Source of the DNA: a virus
Taxonomy: Duplodnaviria; Caudoviricetes
Virus record (IMG/VR): IMGVR_UViG_3300037961_002649
Span: 1-34,808 of that record
DNA length: 34,808 bases
Direction: 5' to 3' (one strand)
Part shown: positions 1-7,381 of the stretch, piece after piece
Numbering within the stretch: position 1 is the first letter of the stretch
Layout of the letters: each line of letters opens with the position of its first letter
Program-made: the position numbers and the translations under genes
Notes under the pieces: model-generated
Seen by the model: only the letters and a program-made list of their open reading frames with translations
What the model was told of the DNA's origin: nothing
The model's database searches: none

Positions 1-376
1 CAAGGTAGACCAAATAGAAGTAAAAGGCGAATACTCAATACAAGTAAGAACAGCCACAAAAGTTATGGATGATGGAAGTCAAATAGGTAGCACAAGCTAT
101 CATCGTCATGTAGTACATCCAGATTCTATTTTAGAAGGACAGGATGCAAGGGTAAAGAAGATTGCTGAAGCATTGTGGGGTGACGAAGAAAAAGAAGCAT
201 GGTTTGTATCTCAAAATGGCTATCCAAGTGGCGAACCAGCAGATAGCTGGAGTGAAGCACAGCTACAAGCATATTGCAGTAAGCATAGCGTAGCATGGAC
301 AGATGAACACACCAAAGCACAATTATTAACCAAAGCAAAAGCAAAGTATGAGGAATTAAATGGCTAATTGGGAAAG
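1..376 (+). repeat. Imperfect terminal overlap, left copy (matches 34433-34808)
   Basis: Manual codon alignment: 26 mismatches in 376 nt, no indels, identical over the last ~113 nt except the final base. Confidence 0.95.
2..367 (+). CDS. 5'-truncated variant copy of the fibre-associated protein at 34413-34799
   Basis: Open frame from base 2 (KVDQIEVKGEYSIQVRTATK...) nearly identical to the 128-aa ORF at the right end. Confidence 0.9.
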   Translation, partial: KVDQIEVKGEYSIQVRTATKVMDDGSQIGSTSYHRHVVHPDSILEGQDARVKKIAEALWGDEEKEAWFVSQNGYPSGEPADSWSEAQLQAYCSKHSVAWTDEHTKAQLLTKAKAKYEELNG

Positions 377-692
377 ATATGCAGATGATAAAGCAAAGTC
401 ATTAGGTGGCTTTGAGAAAAAAGAAGAGATCATAAAAGAAGCTGTTGCTGAAGAGAAAGATGAATTTGATGTGGTGATTGTGAAGGCTCAACCAGCAGAG
501 AAAAAAGAATATGTTGTTTACAAAAAGAAACAATGGGATTCATCTACAGGCGAAGCATTAGCAGATAGTGAAGTTGAATATTCTTTGGAACAGTTAGAAG
601 CAGAAAAAGCTGGATATGATAAGGCTATGGCAGATGCAAAGGCAAAGTCAGATGCTATGGTAGATGTGATTGCAGATTTTAAGAAACTTTAA
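360..692 (+). CDS. Hypothetical acidic coiled-coil protein of the fibre module
   Basis: 110-aa ORF, GAGGA upstream, overlaps previous stop. Confidence 0.75.
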   Translation: MANWERYADDKAKSLGGFEKKEEIIKEAVAEEKDEFDVVIVKAQPAEKKEYVVYKKKQWDSSTGEALADSEVEYSLEQLEAEKAGYDKAMADAKAKSDAMVDVIADFKKL

Positions 693-715
693 TTAATAAC
701 GATTAGGAGTTACAA

Positions 716-952
716 GTGGCAAAAAAGAAAGAAGAGCCTAAAGTAAACATACTCGGCAAAGAGTATACACAAAAAGACATAGATGCTATGTCACCAGAAG
801 CAAAAGCAATGCTGTCACACAGGCAGGATTTACTCAACAAAATAGAAAGAGCAAATTTTAATTTAGTTCAAATGCAATTTGGATTAAAAGCCTTTGAGGA
901 TGGATTACGAGAACAGGGTTTAGGTGAAAAACCAAGTCAAGAAACTAAATAA
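716..952 (+). CDS. Hypothetical protein (possible fibre chaperone)
   Basis: GTG start with AGGAG RBS, 78 aa, helical. Confidence 0.75.
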   Translation: MAKKKEEPKVNILGKEYTQKDIDAMSPEAKAMLSHRQDLLNKIERANFNLVQMQFGLKAFEDGLREQGLGEKPSQETK

Positions 953-972
953 CGGGGATTTTATCGTACTAC

Positions 973-1200
973 ATGAAAATACCAGCAGTTCTTTTAATAT
1001 TCCTGTCACTTACAAGTTGCACAGGCCAGGGATGGATCGTAGGAAACATCCCTCTCGCACCACAGGATTCTGTTTCAAATACGGTATTTACAGAGATTAT
1101 GGATGTTGATTCAGTTACTCATTGGTATCATGGTTATGTTCATAGTGATGTCAACTATTGCTATAAGCACGATCGACTCGAAGAGATCAAAGTACAGTGA
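973..1200 (+). CDS. Small lipoprotein (possible o-spanin or exclusion lipoprotein)
   Basis: MKIPAVLLIFLSLTSC: basic N-terminus, hydrophobic stretch, lipobox LTSC; lies in lysis region. Confidence 0.7.
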   Translation: MKIPAVLLIFLSLTSCTGQGWIVGNIPLAPQDSVSNTVFTEIMDVDSVTHWYHGYVHSDVNYCYKHDRLEEIKVQ

Positions 1201-1319
1201 GTGAACAACAAGAATCCAGAATACGAGAACAGGCATTGTTAATGATAGCAAGAAATTCAGGTAAATATTACATAACCAAGCGAGTTTTAAAACGATTTGC
1301 TAATTGCCTTAAAGGATAA
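1197..1319 (+). CDS. Small hypothetical protein, 40 aa (MSEQQESRIREQALLMIARNSGKYY...)
   Basis: GTG overlaps previous TGA and the ORF fills the gap; translated by hand. Confidence 0.5.
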   Translation: MSEQQESRIREQALLMIARNSGKYYITKRVLKRFANCLKG

Positions 1320-1321
1320 AT

Positions 1322-1642
1322 ATGGAATCCTTTATGGAGATTTACAGCGAGGGAGGAATGATTGCTGTCGTTGGAGCAATGTTCATGTTCCTGGTGTACA
1401 GCCTTAACAAAAGATCCCAAGAACAAGCACAGACCCTGGAAGATTTAAAAATTGAAAACAAAGGCCAATCAGAAACATTAGAAAACATGGAAGGTATGAT
1501 TATTAAACTTATTGATAGATGGAATAAATCCGATGAAACAAGGGATAGACGTCACGAAAAGTTAGTAGAGGAACTAAATGACCAATCGGCAATTCTTATG
1601 GAGATTAAGGGCAATTTATCCAGGTTAAATGGGAAACATTAA
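1322..1642 (+). CDS. Holin-like (or i-spanin-like) protein: one N-terminal TM helix plus coiled coil
   Basis: GGMIAVVGAMFMFLVY TM segment, heptad-rich tail, upstream of endolysin. Confidence 0.6.
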   Translation: MESFMEIYSEGGMIAVVGAMFMFLVYSLNKRSQEQAQTLEDLKIENKGQSETLENMEGMIIKLIDRWNKSDETRDRRHEKLVEELNDQSAILMEIKGNLSRLNGKH

Positions 1643-1794
1643 TGGATAGTCTTAAAGTAACCAGCATTAGCTTTGCCAATTACGGTGTATACCTGGCTGA
1701 AATAAATTTGTTATTACAATGTGTTGTAGCAATAATGAGTATTATTTATTTAGGAATCAAAATAAAAGGAAAAACCCATGAGAAGAATCCTTAA
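1642..1794 (+). CDS. Small membrane protein, 50 aa, holin candidate
   Basis: MDSLKVTSISFANYGVYLAEINLLLQCVVAIMSIIYLGIKIKGKTHEKNP; TAATG coupling; hydrophobic helix and basic tail. Confidence 0.6.
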   Translation: MDSLKVTSISFANYGVYLAEINLLLQCVVAIMSIIYLGIKIKGKTHEKNP

Positions 1795-2014
1795 AAAATA
1801 CAAGAAGTTCATATTTAAGTATGTGTTTGATATTGTTGTAAAGCATATACAATCTCCAGAAGTAGAGGAACAAGTCGCAAAGGCTCTTGTATCTAAATTG
1901 CCAAAAGCATTAAAAGAAAAGGTAACTGATAAGCAAAGCGTATCCATGGCTGTTGCTTCTATCGATGCTGTGACCGATAAGATTGCAGAATCTTTAGGCT
2001 ATCCTGCTGACTAA
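1778..2014 (+). CDS. Hypothetical protein
   Basis: 78-aa ORF with AAGGA upstream. Confidence 0.65.
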   Translation: MRRILKKYKKFIFKYVFDIVVKHIQSPEVEEQVAKALVSKLPKALKEKVTDKQSVSMAVASIDAVTDKIAESLGYPAD

Positions 2015-2046
2015 AGTTTTTTTTAACAACAACAAGGAGACACCCA

Positions 2047-2280
2047 ATGCCAGAATACGACAATAGCGGTGTTCTTTTCGTAAATGATCGGAAAGAAAAA
2101 GAAAACCAACCTGACTACACAGGCAATGTAGTTATCAATGGTAGTAAGAAACGATTAGCTGGATGGAAAAAGACATCCAAGTCTGATCCCAGTATGAATT
2201 TCTTATCATTAAGTATAAGTGATTACCAGGAACAGTCAAACCAGCAATCAATCCAAGAAGATGACGATACGCCATTCTAA
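2047..2280 (+). CDS. Short phage single-stranded DNA-binding protein (DUF736-like)
   Basis: NSGVLFVN...QPDYTG...LAGWK...FLSLSIS core and acidic SSB-type tail DDDTPF; AAGGAG RBS. Confidence 0.75.
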   Translation: MPEYDNSGVLFVNDRKEKENQPDYTGNVVINGSKKRLAGWKKTSKSDPSMNFLSLSISDYQEQSNQQSIQEDDDTPF

Positions 2281-2759
2281 TGACGTTTGATGAAATTATA
2301 GATAGAGTAATAGAGTCAGAAGGGGGATCCAAGATAACAAAGGATCCCCATGACCCTGGTGGAACTACAAAGTTTGGTATAAGTCAAAGAGCATATCCAG
2401 GTGAGGATATTGAAAACCTTACCAGGAAAGATGCAGAAGAATTATACTATAATGACTATTGGGTTCCATCTAAAGCAGAACAAGTACCAGCACAGATACG
2501 AGAAATCTATTTTGATATGGTTGTAAACTTTGGTCGCAGAGGTGCAGTTAAGGTATTACAAAAAGCGTGTAATGGTAAAAATACATATGATATAGATGTA
2601 GATGGAGGCATTGGACCAGCAACTCTATCAGCCTGTAAAAACCTGGAGCCAGAAAGATTACGAGCATACAGAGTATTAAAGTTTGCAAGTATTGTAATAA
2701 AAAAACCATCCCAGGAAAAATATTGGTTTGGTTGGTTTCGTAGGGCTCTCCATGTATAA
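2280..2759 (+). CDS. Endolysin, glycoside hydrolase family 108 with C-terminal peptidoglycan-binding region
   Basis: EGG...DPHDPGGTTKFGISQRAYP, FDMVVNFG, VDGGIGPAT, GWFRR motifs. Confidence 0.92.
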   Translation: MTFDEIIDRVIESEGGSKITKDPHDPGGTTKFGISQRAYPGEDIENLTRKDAEELYYNDYWVPSKAEQVPAQIREIYFDMVVNFGRRGAVKVLQKACNGKNTYDIDVDGGIGPATLSACKNLEPERLRAYRVLKFASIVIKKPSQEKYWFGWFRRALHV

Positions 2760-2791
2760 TTTTTTGTAATATTATATTAAAATAAAAACAT

Positions 2792-2820
2792 TTGCAGTGA
2801 TTATAAATTATACATATATT
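2792..2820 (+). promoter_or_regulatory. Sigma70-like early promoter
   Basis: TTGCAG-N17-TATATT in the main AT-rich intergenic gap, with A-rich UP-like tract upstream. Confidence 0.65.
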
Positions 2821-2901
2821 TAGTATAAATAAACACTATATACATTAGGAGCATAATGTATTACTTAATAACAATATAATATAAAATAAAGGGTAGAGGA
2901 A

Positions 2902-3111
2902 ATGGAACAAGACATCATTGATTCAATTAGTAGAATGGATGACAGTGCATTAATAGACACTGCATACACTATTGGCATGATAGAGCACAAGCAAGTAAAT
3001 GACTTTTTAAGTGGTTTATTAAAAAAAGGTTATCGTGGTGTGCTTAAAAGAAATATAAAAGCCAGGGCATTAGCAGACGAGAACATCGCTGAATATGTGC
3101 TTCAATATTAA
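2902..3111 (+). CDS. Hypothetical early protein
   Basis: 69 aa, GGGTAGAGGA RBS. Confidence 0.7.
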   Translation: MEQDIIDSISRMDDSALIDTAYTIGMIEHKQVNDFLSGLLKKGYRGVLKRNIKARALADENIAEYVLQY

Positions 3112-3122
3112 GGGGGCAAGTA

Positions 3123-3359
3123 ATGAAATACTTAAAAGGAACTAATTGGATTAGACATAAATGTGCCCCTCATGGTGGTGCTTACTACAAAATTATTGAT
3201 GGCATTAGAGTTGATATATTAAGAAAAGAATCATACACATCAAGAAACAACAATAGTTATAAAAAATGCTATAAGGTATTGTTGCAAAAAGAAAATGGTT
3301 ATTTAGGACAAAGAAATACTTTTAAAGATGCTGTAAAACTTGCTGAAGGGGGTAAGTAA
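3123..3359 (+). CDS. Hypothetical basic early protein
   Basis: 78 aa, AGGGGG RBS. Confidence 0.7.
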   Translation: MKYLKGTNWIRHKCAPHGGAYYKIIDGIRVDILRKESYTSRNNNSYKKCYKVLLQKENGYLGQRNTFKDAVKLAEGGK

Positions 3360-3655
3360 TGCCTTATCCTATGAAAAAAAATCAAAACCTCGCCCGATCT
3401 GTTGCTCCGCATTACCCTCTACCCACAACTACAGATAGTAATGTTTCGGATCGGGCAAACCTTTCAGAGGTTGGGTATGGAAAAGGTGAATGGATAGAAA
3501 ATATGGAAGGTGATCTGGAGTGGGCTCCAGATGAATGTGAGCATAAGAATACAGAGTGGGTTCCAGCAGAGCCAGAGAATAATGTAGAGGAAGATCTGTT
3601 CTGCCTGGATTGTAATGAATCTTTACCATTGGAGTTTGACCATGCAAATATTTGA
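3359..3655 (+). CDS. Hypothetical protein with C-terminal CxH...CxxC zinc-binding motif; N-terminal part reads through a structured RNA
   Basis: CEH...CLDC; AGGGGG RBS, TAATG coupling. Confidence 0.6.
   Translation: MPYPMKKNQNLARSVAPHYPLPTTTDSNVSDRANLSEVGYGKGEWIENMEGDLEWAPDECEHKNTEWVPAEPENNVEEDLFCLDCNESLPLEFDHANI
3392..3472 (+). ncRNA. Putative structured anti-SD (antisense) RNA, double stem-loop
   Basis: Stem GCCCGATCTG/CGGATCGGGC, inner stem CATTAC/GTAATG, C-rich loop CCTCTACCC, second hairpin AACCT/AGGTT. Confidence 0.5.
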
Positions 3656-3731
3656 GGACATTTTAGAAGCAATGCTTGTTGTTCTTTTTACTGTTGGATT
3701 TTTATTCAACATAATGAGGGTAGTACTATGA
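3642..3731 (+). CDS. 29-aa membrane peptide (MQIFEDILEAMLVVLFTVGFLFNIMRVVL)
   Basis: GGAG RBS, single hydrophobic helix, ATGA overlap with next gene. Confidence 0.55.
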   Translation: MQIFEDILEAMLVVLFTVGFLFNIMRVVL

Positions 3732-3952
3732 GAGCATATTTTATAATTGTTACTGATCGATTGGGTGGAGATGATTGGCATGAATATTACTCATCTATTA
3801 GAAAGGCACAGAAAGCAAGAGCAGTGCATAGAAGAAACGAAGAAGTAGATGTTCATCCTACAATCTTCAAAACTACATGGAAACCAACCAAGAAAGGATT
3901 TATTGCTCGTTTAAATAATTCTGATGCTGGTTTACCTGTGGAGGGGGCGTAA
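3728..3952 (+). CDS. Hypothetical protein
   Basis: 74 aa, GAGGG RBS, coupled on both sides. Confidence 0.7.
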   Translation: MRAYFIIVTDRLGGDDWHEYYSSIRKAQKARAVHRRNEEVDVHPTIFKTTWKPTKKGFIARLNNSDAGLPVEGA

Positions 3953-4878
3953 TGAGAGAGCCTATTAAGCAGGATACATTAGATCTAACCTTACGACAGT
4001 CTTATATCGGCACAAGTGAGTGGGCTGTTGTAGCATTGTTGCATAACAAGTACAAAAGCCTATACGACATCTACAACGATAAGATAAATGGCTACGAAGC
4101 CTTTGACAATATTCGTATGCGTTTAGGTAGAGACATCGAGCCTATGATGGCTAAATGGGTCGAAGAAGAAATAAACTGTAAAGTAGCTATTGATGGCTAT
4201 GTACGTTTTCATCCCGATTATGATTTCCTGGCAACCAATCTCGATGGCGAATGTCATCATGCTGATACAACCCGATCAGTATTAGAGATTAAAACCGCAT
4301 CCTCGATTGCCAGGGAGTCCTGGGGTGCTGAACTACCGATACAGTATTACACACAGATACAGGGCCAGATGATGATTACAGGGTTACGCAAGGCTCATGT
4401 AGCCATATTGACTTTTGGCTATGCTGGTCCAGAAAAGTTTGAGATCCAGGAATACGATTACAATGAAGAGTTTGCAGAAGAGGTAAAGAATAAGTGTGTT
4501 GATTTCTGGTTCAATCATATTGTGCCACAGCATCCACCCGAAGCCACAACAGAGTCTGATATTAAGAATCAGTTTCCTGTTGCCAATGGCCACACAAAGG
4601 AAGCTGGGTTAGAGGTAGTAGCCAGGGTAGAAACATTAAGGAATCTGATGCGAGAGAAGAAGGCTATTGAAGAAACGATTAAGGATTTTAAGATAGAAAT
4701 ACAGAAGGAAATGGGCAGTGCAAATGCTCTCATATATGAAGATGAAAAGATTGTGTCCTGGAACAATACGAAAGCCAGATCCAGATTTGATCAGAAAACA
4801 TTTAAAGAGGAACATCCTGGCCTATATAAGAAGTACCAGGTCGAGGGTAGTCCTATCAGAACATTCAGAGTTAAATAA
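3952..4878 (+). CDS. YqaJ-like (lambda-exonuclease family) recombination exonuclease
   Basis: RQSYIGTSE, GRDIEP, FLATNLDG, VLEIKT, YYTQIQGQMMITG motifs. Confidence 0.92.
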   Translation: MREPIKQDTLDLTLRQSYIGTSEWAVVALLHNKYKSLYDIYNDKINGYEAFDNIRMRLGRDIEPMMAKWVEEEINCKVAIDGYVRFHPDYDFLATNLDGECHHADTTRSVLEIKTASSIARESWGAELPIQYYTQIQGQMMITGLRKAHVAILTFGYAGPEKFEIQEYDYNEEFAEEVKNKCVDFWFNHIVPQHPPEATTESDIKNQFPVANGHTKEAGLEVVARVETLRNLMREKKAIEETIKDFKIEIQKEMGSANALIYEDEKIVSWNNTKARSRFDQKTFKEEHPGLYKKYQVEGSPIRTFRVK

Positions 4879-4889
4879 CAGGAGTAACT

Positions 4890-5546
4890 ATGTCAGTTAA
4901 TATACATGGCAAACAATACAGAACGGTTGCAGAAAGGATTAATCTTTTCTACGAGCGTTTTGGCAAAATGCACACCCAGATCATTACAGAGATTGTTAAG
5001 GATGATGGCAACATTATCCAGGTAAAAGCAACAATCAACGTAGATGATAGAAGGGATAGTAATAATGCAATATCCCTATTAGGTACAGGATATGCTGAAG
5101 AGGATAGAAGTAAAGGCAGGATTAATAGTACAAGTGCATTAGAAAACTGCGAGACATCTGCAATAGGTAGAGCGTTAGCAAGTATTGGATTAGGTGGCGA
5201 AGAGTACGCCAGTGCTAACGAGGTAGAGAATGCAATACATCAGCAGAAGAAGATTACTGTAAACGATGGCAGTCAGTTTGATCAAACACAAAAGAAACCT
5301 AACCAGGATCTTGTAGAAGCATTGGAAAATGACAAGCCTATACTAAATGGTACAGTTGATGAGGCTATGAAGAAGATGACCAATGGAAACAGTCCCTGGA
5401 TGGCTATGCCATTTGGTAAGCATAAAGGCATTACTATTGATCAATTAGAGCCTGACTATGTGAGATGGTGTATAAAAAATATGGACCTGGAAGGTGATCT
5501 TGAAGAACAGTTAAGACAAAGATTTTACAGTCTTGGCAAAAGCTGA
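4890..5546 (+). CDS. Single-strand annealing protein, Rad52/Sak-like, with C-terminal MPFGKHKG (DUF3820-like) domain
   Basis: GTGYAEE...SALENCETSAIGRAL motif, directly after YqaJ; AGGAG RBS. Confidence 0.78.
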   Translation: MSVNIHGKQYRTVAERINLFYERFGKMHTQIITEIVKDDGNIIQVKATINVDDRRDSNNAISLLGTGYAEEDRSKGRINSTSALENCETSAIGRALASIGLGGEEYASANEVENAIHQQKKITVNDGSQFDQTQKKPNQDLVEALENDKPILNGTVDEAMKKMTNGNSPWMAMPFGKHKGITIDQLEPDYVRWCIKNMDLEGDLEEQLRQRFYSLGKS

Positions 5547-5769
5547 TTATTCAGGACAAAAAAGATGGAGAGATTTGCAAAAGAGATACAGTCGTGCCCA
5601 GTTGGATTATCCAGAGGGCATTGGAGTGACAAATGTATTAAAAATATTGAGGAACAGTGTTGGCTTATTGGACCTCTGGCAAGTCTCTCCAGAACAATTA
5701 GAGAAAGTTATTGATAGGTGTAGAAAAGAATATCAAAAAATCCATGATAGACGTACAAGAAAGAATTAA
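5533..5769 (+). CDS. Hypothetical protein
   Basis: 78 aa, TTG start, overlaps both neighbours. Confidence 0.55.
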   Translation: MAKADYSGQKRWRDLQKRYSRAQLDYPEGIGVTNVLKILRNSVGLLDLWQVSPEQLEKVIDRCRKEYQKIHDRRTRKN

Positions 5770-6079
5770 AAAAATGTATCCACAAACGTATGCGGAGTTT
5801 GAAAAGATACAGGATGAGCAAAAGAAGTTATTTTGTCAAAAACAGCTTGATTATGGTCCAGGCAACATAAGTGTAGGCACACAATTAAAAACCCAGAAAG
5901 AAAGGGAATTTAGCCTACAGGGTCTATGGTTTCGGATTAATGACAAGATACAGAGATTATTGAATTTATTTATCAATCAAACCGATCCAGAAAACGAATC
6001 GATTGAAGATAGTTTTTTAGATCTTGGTAACTATTCAATCATAAGTCTAATAGTCAAAAGGGGGAAATGGGGAAAATGA
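5744..6079 (+). CDS. DUF1599 / nucleotide-modification-associated domain 1 protein
   Basis: KQLDYGPGNI...GLWFRINDKIQRL...ESIEDSFLDLGNYSII; ATG at 5744 preferred over TTG at 5711. Confidence 0.8.
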   Translation: MIDVQERIKKMYPQTYAEFEKIQDEQKKLFCQKQLDYGPGNISVGTQLKTQKEREFSLQGLWFRINDKIQRLLNLFINQTDPENESIEDSFLDLGNYSIISLIVKRGKWGK

Positions 6080-6249
6080 AAAAGAACCAGGTTACCACAG
6101 GTGATATGTCCTTAATTATGGAAGGATTGCTTTACATCATACAAAGCAATAAAAAAGACAGAGATCATATAAAAGTACAAAAAGCACAGCAGTTGTACGA
6201 TCGCTTAAACGATTACACAACTGAATTTGTAAACAGTCAAAAATCATAA
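6076..6249 (+). CDS. Hypothetical protein
   Basis: ATGA overlap with previous stop, GGGGA RBS. Confidence 0.6.
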   Translation: MKKNQVTTGDMSLIMEGLLYIIQSNKKDRDHIKVQKAQQLYDRLNDYTTEFVNSQKS

Positions 6250-6273
6250 ACATGAAAAACCACATACCAAATT

Positions 6274-6681
6274 ATGATAAAATTAATTGTAGAAGGCTCA
6301 CCAGTAGCCTTAAAAAGACACAAGCACACTAAATCTGGGCACACATATGACCCGTCAAAGGGTGATAAAAGGTTTTTTTTAGCAAAAGCCATAAAAACGG
6401 CTCCCAAATTTCCTTTAGATGGCCCGATCTCGATGTCATGCGAGTTCTATGTCGAGCATCCAAAGTCACATTACCGAACAGGGAAGTATTCTAACGAACT
6501 TAAGCCAGGTGCAGATACCTGGAGATCCAAACGACCTGATATAGATAATTATGTCAAGCTGGTCCTGGATGCGTTAAATGGAGTTTTCTATAAAGATGAC
6601 AGCCAGGTATGTCACATAGAAGCGATAAAGAAGTATAGCCAGGATCCCAGGACAGTTGTAGAGATACGGGGTGTAGAATGA
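6274..6681 (+). CDS. rusA: RusA-family Holliday junction resolvase
   Basis: KRPDIDNYVKLVLDALNGVFYKDDSQV signature. Confidence 0.93.
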   Translation: MIKLIVEGSPVALKRHKHTKSGHTYDPSKGDKRFFLAKAIKTAPKFPLDGPISMSCEFYVEHPKSHYRTGKYSNELKPGADTWRSKRPDIDNYVKLVLDALNGVFYKDDSQVCHIEAIKKYSQDPRTVVEIRGVE

Positions 6682-7004
6682 GAAAAGATGTAGCAAAATC
6701 ATTATACGATAAAGCCCAGGAGATTGCGTTTAGGTATAGTAAACCTGATCGTGTAAATAATTTTAACAAGGAAACATTTAGCGTAGAAGAAATAACACCA
6801 ATATCTGCCCAGGGTGCTATGGTGGTGTTTAAAAAATCTACAGGTAAAAGAGCCCTGGCACATTTTATTCATGTAGATCATCCAAAAAATCCTTTTTGGC
6901 AATATTACATTATGGGCTCACAGCATTTTATAAATCTACATATGCTTACAGAAAAATATGCAGAGGTAGAGAAGCACAATTTCAAGTTGAATTTTAACGA
7001 ATGA
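6678..7004 (+). CDS. Hypothetical protein
   Basis: 108 aa, ATGA-coupled at both ends. Confidence 0.75.
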   Translation: MRKDVAKSLYDKAQEIAFRYSKPDRVNNFNKETFSVEEITPISAQGAMVVFKKSTGKRALAHFIHVDHPKNPFWQYYIMGSQHFINLHMLTEKYAEVEKHNFKLNFNE

Positions 7005-7381
7005 AGCTGAATACAAAACGTACAGGATGGTTAGGCGAACAGGCGTGTGCAAAGCAACTAATTAGTGCTGGGTACGATGTTTATTTTCCTGTTGTAGACG
7101 ATCATGGCGTGGATCTGGTAGTAGATACAGGAAGATCGTTAAAACGGGTCCAGGTAAAGACCAGGATAGCCAAGAAATCCAGCACGAGCATTGAGGTTCG
7201 CTTGGGTAAGTACAAGGGGTCTAATGTAGATGTTATCGCAGTGTATTACTTGCCTAAAGACATTATTGCCTATGTACCTTACAAAGGGGATGACTTTATC
7301 AATTTGGCATTAACAACAGCAAAAAACAACCAGGAACAGGGTAGAACCTGGTTCTATAAATACATGGAGTTTCCATTATGA
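7001..7381 (+). CDS. PD-(D/E)XK endonuclease (DUF3257-like)
   Basis: GWLGE...GYDVYFP...VDLVVD...RVQVKT...VDVIAVY. Confidence 0.85.
   Translation: MKLNTKRTGWLGEQACAKQLISAGYDVYFPVVDDHGVDLVVDTGRSLKRVQVKTRIAKKSSTSIEVRLGKYKGSNVDVIAVYYLPKDIIAYVPYKGDDFINLALTTAKNNQEQGRTWFYKYMEFPL

Noticed and set aside
1-376. Diversity-generating retroelement TR/VR pair
   Set aside because: Mismatches are not adenine-specific in one copy (13 with A on the left, 8 with A on the right, 5 with neither), many are synonymous, and no reverse transcriptase is present
924-1109. Alternative ORF overlapping the lipoprotein (Rz/Rz1-style nesting)
   Set aside because: No TM segment, so not an i-spanin; likely a shadow frame
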